In this document: positions 56,077 to 61,526 of the stretch, in pieces
Layout of the letters: each line of letters opens with the position of its first letter
Position numbering within the stretch: the stretch's first letter is position 1
Assembly (NCBI GenBank): GCA_905210485.1
Contig: CAJLXA010000005.1
Coordinates: 1 to 61,526, forward strand
DNA length: 61,526 bases
Reading direction: 5' to 3'
Source of the DNA: an uncultured Eubacteriales bacterium
GTDB lineage: Bacteria; Bacillota; Clostridia; Oscillospirales; CAG-272
Position numbers and translations under genes: made by a program
The notes under the pieces: generated by a model
Databases searched by the model: none
Told to the model about the DNA's origin: nothing
The model's input: only the letters and a program-made list of their open reading frames with translations

Positions 56077-56526
56077 TCAGGAGAGTTTTTTCAGCATAGT
56101 CACTCTCGTACCTTTACCCACACGGGAGAAAACGGAGAGACGGTCGGTGAAAGTTTCCATTACGGAAAATCCCATGCCGCTTCTGTCGCCGCTGTTATCG
56201 GTGGTATAGAGGGGCTGACGCGCTTTTTTCACATCGGGAATACCGCAACCGGTGTCACGGATCGAGATTTTCAGTTTATTGTCGCCGTAGAGGCATACCG
56301 ATATGTAGACGATGCCTGTTTTCTCCGATTCGCGGTAGGCATGAACGATCGCGTTGGTGAAGGCTTCCGAAACCGCGCATTTTATATCGGCGATCTCCTC
56401 AAGCGTCGGGTCGGCCTGCGCGATAAAGGCGGCGACGACAGCGCGGCAGACGCTTTCGTTGCGCGAAAGCGCAGGAAGTTTCAGCGACATCTGATTGACG
56501 ATTGCGGCGGATTTTTCTGTTTTCAT
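56077..56526 (-). CDS. spoIIAB: anti-sigma F factor (serine kinase) SpoIIAB
   Basis: 149 aa. HATPase_c N-box EAFTNAIVHAY and G-boxes DTGCGI and GMGFSVM. Confidence 0.9.
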   Translation of the reverse strand: MKTEKSAAIVNQMSLKLPALSRNESVCRAVVAAFIAQADPTLEEIADIKCAVSEAFTNAIVHAYRESEKTGIVYISVCLYGDNKLKISIRDTGCGIPDVKKARQPLYTTDNSGDRSGMGFSVMETFTDRLSVFSRVGKGTRVTMLKKLS

Positions 56527-56867
56527 TCGGCTTTCTCCTTCTTTAAGGTCGCGGTAAGGCGCGGGATACGGAATACGCCGGCCATATTCAGAATTTTCAT
56601 GACGCGCGGCGGAACGTTATTCAGGCGCACCGACGCGCCGACGTTTTCCGCGGTGGACACGCGTCCGAGAATAAGCCCCAACCCCGAAGAATCCATAAAA
56701 CCCACTTTTTCAAGATCAATAACGAGAAGTTCGGGACGGTACAGATACAGATTTTTATCTATTTCTTCTCGAACGCCGCGGGCGGTATGATGATCGATTT
56801 CGCCGCTGATTTCGGCGTAAAGAACGCCGTTTTTATACGCAACATCCGCTTTGGCTCCTATCAGCAT
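56523..56867 (-). CDS. spoIIAA: anti-anti-sigma factor SpoIIAA (STAS domain)
   Basis: Start placed at the ATG at 56867 (RBS AAGGAG). 114 aa. The phosphorylatable Ser lies in FMDSSGLG. The ORF-track N-terminal extension runs into mntP. The stop overlaps the spoIIAB start (ATGA). Confidence 0.88.
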   Translation of the reverse strand: MLIGAKADVAYKNGVLYAEISGEIDHHTARGVREEIDKNLYLYRPELLVIDLEKVGFMDSSGLGLILGRVSTAENVGASVRLNNVPPRVMKILNMAGVFRIPRLTATLKKEKAE

Positions 56868-56973
56868 ATGTGACTCCTTTGTTTTATATTCCGTTTTTAT
56901 ATTATAGATCGGCATAAGTGTGAATTTTGTCGGAATAAGGGCGGACGGAAAATAAATTCCGCATAATTGCGGG

Positions 56974-57012
56974 AATAAAAAAGCGCCCCGGCGGTAAAAA
57001 CCGCCGGAGCGC
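56974..57012 (-). terminator. intrinsic terminator of mntP
   Basis: Stem gcgccccggcgg / ccgccggagcgc, followed on the minus strand by TTTTTTATT. Confidence 0.8.
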
Positions 57013-57036
57013 CGGGAAATCCGTATTTTGAGATAA

Positions 57037-57609
57037 TCAGAAAGGAAGATGAAGAATACCGAGACCCTCAAGGAGAATCTTCAGTCCGAGAAGAATCAGC
57101 ACGCAACCGCCCGCAAATTCCGCTTTTTTCTTGTAGCGGGTGCCGAAAAGGTTGCCGACCTTTACGCCGAGCATGGAAAGCAGAAGCGTGGTAATGCCGA
57201 TCAGCGGCGCGGCGATGGCCACATTGACTTTCAGCATAGCGAACGATACGCCGATGGCGAGCGCGTCAATGCTGGTGGCAAGCGCAAGCAGAAGCATGGT
57301 GCGGAAAGAGAGGTCGTCGTCCAGTTCTTCCTCTTTTTTAGACAGTGATTCGAGAATCATATTGCCGCCGATAAGTACAAGCAGAATAAAGGCAATCCAG
57401 TGGTCAAACTCTTCGATATAACCGGCGAACAGGGAGGCGACAAAGTAGCCGATTGTCGGCATCAGAGCCTGAAAACCGCCGAACCAAAGACCGATGATGA
57501 AGGCTTTTTTCAGCGTGAGTTTTTTCATCGAAAGACCTTTGCAGATGGCTACGGCAAAAGCGTCCATTGAGAGGGCAACCGCACACAGAATAAGTTCGAC
57601 AATACCCAT
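57037..57609 (-). CDS. mntP: manganese efflux pump MntP (DUF204)
   Basis: 190 aa. Duplicated motif SMDAFAVAI / [17 protein letters not shown]. Confidence 0.88.
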   Translation of the reverse strand: MGIVELILCAVALSMDAFAVAICKGLSMKKLTLKKAFIIGLWFGGFQALMPTIGYFVASLFAGYIEEFDHWIAFILLVLIGGNMILESLSKKEEELDDDLSFRTMLLLALATSIDALAIGVSFAMLKVNVAIAAPLIGITTLLLSMLGVKVGNLFGTRYKKKAEFAGGCVLILLGLKILLEGLGILHLPF

Positions 57610-57624
57610 AATTTCCTCCGAAAA

Positions 57625-57657
57625 GCGAAAAAATGTCCGTCGGGCAAATACCGACGG
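57625..57657 (-). terminator. terminator-like hairpin in the short mntP leader
   Basis: Stem ccgtcgg / ccgacgg (7 bp) with a 7-nt loop, followed on the minus strand by ACATTTTTTCGCTTTT. It lies between the promoter (57685-57713) and the RBS. Confidence 0.5.
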
Positions 57658-57684
57658 CGGATCCGAATATAAAAATACTGTAAA

Positions 57685-57713
57685 ATTATAGCACGTTATA
57701 TCCGTAATGTCAA
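57685..57713 (-). promoter_or_regulatory. exact consensus sigma-A promoter for mntP
   Basis: The minus strand reads TTGACA (57713-08), a 17-nt spacer, then TATAAT (57690-85). Confidence 0.8.
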
Positions 57714-57721
57714 GGGAAACA

Positions 57722-57750
57722 TTGACTTTTTTTCATGGGTATGCTACAAT
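57722..57750 (+). promoter_or_regulatory. sigma-A promoter for the ABC transporter operon
   Basis: TTGACT (57722-27), 17-nt spacer, TACAAT (57745-50). Back-to-back with the mntP promoter. Confidence 0.7.
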
Positions 57751-57864
57751 AAAAACGGTTATAACGGCATGATGTCGCGTTACAGTTACATATATATGAA
57801 TATATTCCGCAATACACGGCGGCGATGCTGCATGCCCGCCGCTATGCGGACAGAAAGGAATTTT

Positions 57865-58563
57865 ATGGAATCACCGATCGTGAGCGTAAACGGACTCACA
57901 AAAGAATATAACGGCATGCCTGCGCTGAAAAACGTAAACCTTTCGCTTCCGCGCGGACGCGTCATCGGTCTTCTGGGACCGAACGGAAGCGGGAAAACCA
58001 CGTTCATCAAACTCCTTGTCGGTCTGTTGAAACCTACCGCCGGCATCGTGATGATCGACGGATATCCGGTCGGAATCCGCACAAAAGAGGTCGTTTCATA
58101 CCTGCCGGAGCGCAACAGTCTTCCTCTTTATATGACTGCGGAACAACTGATACGGTATTTTGCCGACTTTTTTCCGGATTTTTGCGAAGAGCGTTGCCGC
58201 CATATGCTTGCCGACCTCGGACTGCCGATGGATAAACCTATCCGTAACTATTCCAAGGGTATGCGCGAAAAAGTGCAGTTGATTATGGTGATGAGCCGCA
58301 ACGCCAAACTGTACATTCTCGATGAACCGATTGCCGGCGTGGATCCTGCGTCGCGCGATTATATCATTGATACAATCATCAAAAACCGCGATCCGTTGTC
58401 AACGGTTCTGATCTCCACGCATCTGATTGCCGATATTGAGAAAGCGCTTCAGGAATTTGTCTTTATCCGGCAGGGAGAAATCGTCGTTTACGACGCCGTG
58501 CAAAATGTACATGAAGCGGGAAAAACCGTGGACGCTTTGTTCCGGGAGGTGTTCAAATGGTAA
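57865..58563 (+). CDS. ABC transporter ATP-binding protein
   Basis: Start at the ATG at 57865 (MESPIVSVNGLTKEY...). Walker A GPNGSGKTT, signature YSKGMREK, Walker B LYILDEP. 232 aa. Confidence 0.9.
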   Translation: MESPIVSVNGLTKEYNGMPALKNVNLSLPRGRVIGLLGPNGSGKTTFIKLLVGLLKPTAGIVMIDGYPVGIRTKEVVSYLPERNSLPLYMTAEQLIRYFADFFPDFCEERCRHMLADLGLPMDKPIRNYSKGMREKVQLIMVMSRNAKLYILDEPIAGVDPASRDYIIDTIIKNRDPLSTVLISTHLIADIEKALQEFVFIRQGEIVVYDAVQNVHEAGKTVDALFREVFKW

Positions 58564-59414
58564 AGATATGGAAATATGAGGCCAAAGCCGCGAAAAATTG
58601 CGCGATTCCCATGATAATCACCATGGCGGCCTGTATGCTTGTCTCTCTGACCCTGCTTTTGACTGCCAATGCGTTGGTTCCTTTGAATCATCTATACGAA
58701 TTTGCCGGGACATCATCAGTGGTGCTCTTTGCAAGTACGGCGACCCTGTTTTCCGTATTACTGCAAATTTTTGTTGCGCTCAGCGTGGTGGCGATGCCGG
58801 TATATCTGTTTATCCGTTATGCGCAGAGCATGTTCGGCGATGAGGGCTATTTTACGCATGTTGTACCGCTCTCCGATAACGCGCTTTTGTTCGGAAAGAT
58901 GTCTTTCGGTGTTTTTGCCACGGCGGCTTCGGCTCTGGTCGCGTTTTTGTTCCTTTTGATCGAAGGACTGATTTTCAAGGCGTTCGGACTTTCCTCCTAT
59001 TCGCTTGTGAGTTTTTTTGTGGACATTGGCGACGTCCCCGATCTCGGTTCTGTAACCGTCACCTATACGGCATTGCTTTCGGAGATCTTGTCGGGAATTC
59101 TGTCGATTATCCGCCTTTTGTGGACGATGGTCAGCATTTATCTTGCCATTACGCTCGGCGCTACGCTGCTCTCACGTCATAAGGTCGCCGGAACTTTGCT
59201 TTTCCTGCTGGCTATCAGCATGGTGGTATCGTTTATCAGCGAATTCATGTTCTCTCTCATCAGTATCTCGGAAGTGTTTCCGTGGGAGCAGGACGATTAT
59301 AATGCGTTTGTGATTCTGAATACGGTGTGGGGCATAGTGTTCTATACAGGTCTTGCCGTTGCCGCGTTTTTCCTTTGCCGTACTTTACTGCGGCGCAAAC
59401 TGAATTTGCAATAA
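58557..59414 (+). CDS. ABC-transporter-associated polytopic membrane protein (permease candidate)
   Basis: 285 aa, 6-7 TM helices. RBS GGGAGG. Its start overlaps the ATPase stop by 7 nt. No family recognised. Confidence 0.65.
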   Translation: MVKIWKYEAKAAKNCAIPMIITMAACMLVSLTLLLTANALVPLNHLYEFAGTSSVVLFASTATLFSVLLQIFVALSVVAMPVYLFIRYAQSMFGDEGYFTHVVPLSDNALLFGKMSFGVFATAASALVAFLFLLIEGLIFKAFGLSSYSLVSFFVDIGDVPDLGSVTVTYTALLSEILSGILSIIRLLWTMVSIYLAITLGATLLSRHKVAGTLLFLLAISMVVSFISEFMFSLISISEVFPWEQDDYNAFVILNTVWGIVFYTGLAVAAFFLCRTLLRRKLNLQ

Positions 59415-59519
59415 TACGCGCCGCTTTGCGCGTTTATATATCTGTCGAACCGTTTTTGCGGCGGACGCCGTATAAAACGGTGTGCCGTTGCGGTACAACA
59501 ATTATGAAGGAGCATTGAT

Positions 59520-61058
59520 ATGAAAAAACTACGGTCGCTTGCCGGCAACCGCACGGTTCTTTCTATAAAAATCAAAGAAGCGTTTACATCGGTCATGCCG
59601 ATTGCTCTCATCGTTATGATCCTGTGCTTCACGCTGACCCCTATTGACAGCGGTATTCTTCTGTCGTTCATTCTGGGGACGGTACTTGTTATCATCGGAA
59701 TGGGACTGTTTACGCTCGGCGCGGACACAGCCATGACGCCGATCGGCGAGTATATCGGCGATTCTACGGTGAAAACGAAGAAAATCGCGGTGATCATACC
59801 GATATTCTTCGTTCTCGGCGTGTTTATCACAATATCCGAGCCGGATCTTTCGGTTTTGGCAAAACAGTTGTCCGGTACAATCAACAGTTGGATTCTGATC
59901 CTTTCGGTGGGCGTGGGCGTCGGTCTCTTTCTTGTGATCGCATTCCTGCGTATCGTTTTCAAGATTAAACTGAAGTATCTCCTGCTCATTTTTTACGGCA
60001 TTATTTTCATTCTGGCCTTTTTCATGCCGGAGGTCTTTTTACCGCTTTCGTTTGATGCGGGCGGTGTGACGACGGGGCCGATGAGCGTACCGTTTATCAT
60101 GGCAATCGGTACCGGTATCGCCATGATCCGTAGCGACCATGGCGCAAAAGACGACAGTTTCGGTCTGACCGCACTCTGTTCCATCGGTCCGATTCTGGCC
60201 GTTATGATTCTGGGCGTGGTCTATAAGCCGGACAGCATTGAAATCACTGCCTATCAACTCACTTTCGGAAGCGATTCCCGTACGGTATTCATGGCGTTTG
60301 TCCGTCAAATCCCCGAATATCTGAAAGAAGTCGGCGTTGCACTGTTGCCGATCGTATTGTTCTTCTTTATTTTCCAGTTGTTCGGTAAAAAAGTCGGACG
60401 GAATCAGAATATTAAAATTGCGGTCGGCCTTGTCAATACTTTTCTGGGGCTTGTTTTGTTCCTCCTCGGTGTGAACGTCGGATTTTTGCCGATCGGTAAC
60501 TATCTCGGCACCTTGATCGGTGCGCATGAGTACCGTTTCATCGCCGTTCCCATCGGTATGCTTCTCGGCTTCTTTGTCGTTGCGGCAGAACCGGCGGTAC
60601 ATGTCCTCACAAAGCAGGTCTATGAGATTACGTCGGGCGGTATTCCGAAGTCTGCGCTGAGTTTGAGCCTCATGCTCGGTGTCTCCGTTTCCGTCGGCCT
60701 TGCCATGCTGCGGATACTGTTACATATTCCGATCCTGTATTTTCTCATTCCGTTCTATCTGATCGCCTTGGGACTTACTTTTGTTGTGCCGGATATTTTT
60801 ACGGCGGTGGCATTTGACTCCGGCGGCGTTGCCTCCGGCGCCATGACGACAAGTTTTATTCTGCCGTTTGCGCTCGGTATATGTGAGGCGGTCGGCGGCA
60901 ATATCGCCACCGAGGGATTCGGCGTGGTGGCTATGGTGGCGATGACGCCGCTTGTGGCGATCCAGATACTCGGTCTGATTTATAAGTTGCAACTCTCGAA
61001 GCATAAAAAAGAAAAAGCAGGACAAAGCGCTTCCGATAGCGAAGAAATCATCGGATAG
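59520..61058 (+). CDS. DUF1538-family membrane protein (internal duplication)
   Basis: 512 aa. Two copies of the DUF1538 signature: FDAGGVTTGPMSVPFIMAIGTG and FDSGGVASGAMTTSFILPFALG. RBS GGAG. Confidence 0.8.
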   Translation: MKKLRSLAGNRTVLSIKIKEAFTSVMPIALIVMILCFTLTPIDSGILLSFILGTVLVIIGMGLFTLGADTAMTPIGEYIGDSTVKTKKIAVIIPIFFVLGVFITISEPDLSVLAKQLSGTINSWILILSVGVGVGLFLVIAFLRIVFKIKLKYLLLIFYGIIFILAFFMPEVFLPLSFDAGGVTTGPMSVPFIMAIGTGIAMIRSDHGAKDDSFGLTALCSIGPILAVMILGVVYKPDSIEITAYQLTFGSDSRTVFMAFVRQIPEYLKEVGVALLPIVLFFFIFQLFGKKVGRNQNIKIAVGLVNTFLGLVLFLLGVNVGFLPIGNYLGTLIGAHEYRFIAVPIGMLLGFFVVAAEPAVHVLTKQVYEITSGGIPKSALSLSLMLGVSVSVGLAMLRILLHIPILYFLIPFYLIALGLTFVVPDIFTAVAFDSGGVASGAMTTSFILPFALGICEAVGGNIATEGFGVVAMVAMTPLVAIQILGLIYKLQLSKHKKEKAGQSASDSEEIIG

Positions 61059-61068
61059 GAGCGAAAGA

Positions 61069-61526
61069 ATGACACAGTATAAATATTTAATGGTGATTAC
61101 AAACAGGGAACTTGCCGAGGACTATTTTGAATTTTTCCGCCGCTATAAGGTGGAGCATGTCATCGAAAAATTCTGCAACGGTACGGCGGACGACTCCGTT
61201 CTGGATTATTTCAGTTTACGGAAAACGGAAAAGGTGATGTTTGAAGCCATCGTGGACGGCGGCGCCGTTCCCGCTCTTATACGCGGCATGCGGAACGAAA
61301 TGAATATTGAAGCAATCGGAAACGGAATTGCTATGTTCATACCGATCGACGCCATCGGCGGCGCGTCAAGCAAGCGCTATTTTACCCTCGAAAATTCAAC
61401 TGAATCGGAAAACGGAGAAATCAGAATGAACGAACAATCAAACAGCGTCCTTATTATAACGATCGTCAATACGGGCTATACCGAGGTGGTCATGGAGGCG
61501 GCAAAGGCCGCCGGCGCTAACCGCGG
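61069..61526 (+). CDS. PII-like protein(s) associated with DUF1538, partial (runs off right edge)
   Basis: The ATG at 61069 opens a frame with no stop to the end of the window. The first half reads YLMVITNRELAEDYFEFFRRYKV...AMFIPIDAIGG. After a linker, a second PII-like start VLIITIVNTGYTEVVMEAAKAAGA follows, preceded by an internal GGAGAA-N6-ATG at 61426 in the same frame. Confidence 0.6.
   Translation, partial: MTQYKYLMVITNRELAEDYFEFFRRYKVEHVIEKFCNGTADDSVLDYFSLRKTEKVMFEAIVDGGAVPALIRGMRNEMNIEAIGNGIAMFIPIDAIGGASSKRYFTLENSTESENGEIRMNEQSNSVLIITIVNTGYTEVVMEAAKAAGANR

Noticed and set aside
56880-56970. Possible Spo0A box (TGTCGGA at 56928-56934) and sigma-H promoter upstream of spoIIAA.
   Set aside because: There is only a 6/7 match to TGTCGAA, and I could not place convincing sigma-H -35/-10 elements at the correct spacing. 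It is too weak to annotate.
56868-57071. N-terminal extension of the spoIIAA ORF (182-aa version) overlapping the 3' end of mntP.
   Set aside because: The extension crosses the mntP terminator and has no STAS homology. The ATG at 56867 has an AAGGAG RBS and gives the normal ~114-aa SpoIIAA.

Overview
61.5-kb chromosomal window from a spore-forming Firmicute, probably Clostridia (spoIIAA-spoIIAB-sigF operon, perfect CIRCE upstream of groES-groEL, trimeric NuoE/NuoF/[FeFe]-hydrogenase operon). The taxon guess is inference only. Most of the window is core metabolism. From left to right: dapB-dapF; an HAD-GNAT-rqcH-methyltransferase operon; a CNNM/CorC gene behind a long structured leader; a tightly packed minus-strand operon glnA(GSI)-ANTAR regulator-pyrG-purB-purA; a divergent plus-strand operon ilvE-panE-glnN(GSIII)-amt::PII fusion-(Asn T-box)-asnB; an MFS transporter; metY-metA; hydC-hydB-hydA; groESL; the sigF operon; mntP; an ABC pair; and a DUF1538 membrane protein followed by a PII-like gene that runs off the right edge. 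There are three accessory-looking parts. (1) A visibly AT-richer block of about 12.5 kb (27.1-39.6 kb) holds an AraC regulator, a 2,982-aa secreted multi-module protein (SGNH esterase, metallophosphoesterase, many CBM-like modules, and a 1.5-kb internal duplication) and a DUF4091/GH123-like protein. This block ends at a stand-alone tRNA-Ser(GGA). (2) An orphan 980-aa membrane-anchored acidic protein has a CvpA-like N-terminus. (3) Two paralogous lipoprotein genes are separated by a 240-bp array of twenty 12-bp tandem repeats. I saw no CRISPR array, IS element, transposase, integrase, rRNA or recognisable defence genes. Eight exact TTGACA-N17-TATAAT promoters are present, four of them followed by leader terminators. 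All motif and family calls come from reading the translations and DNA by eye; no searches were run.
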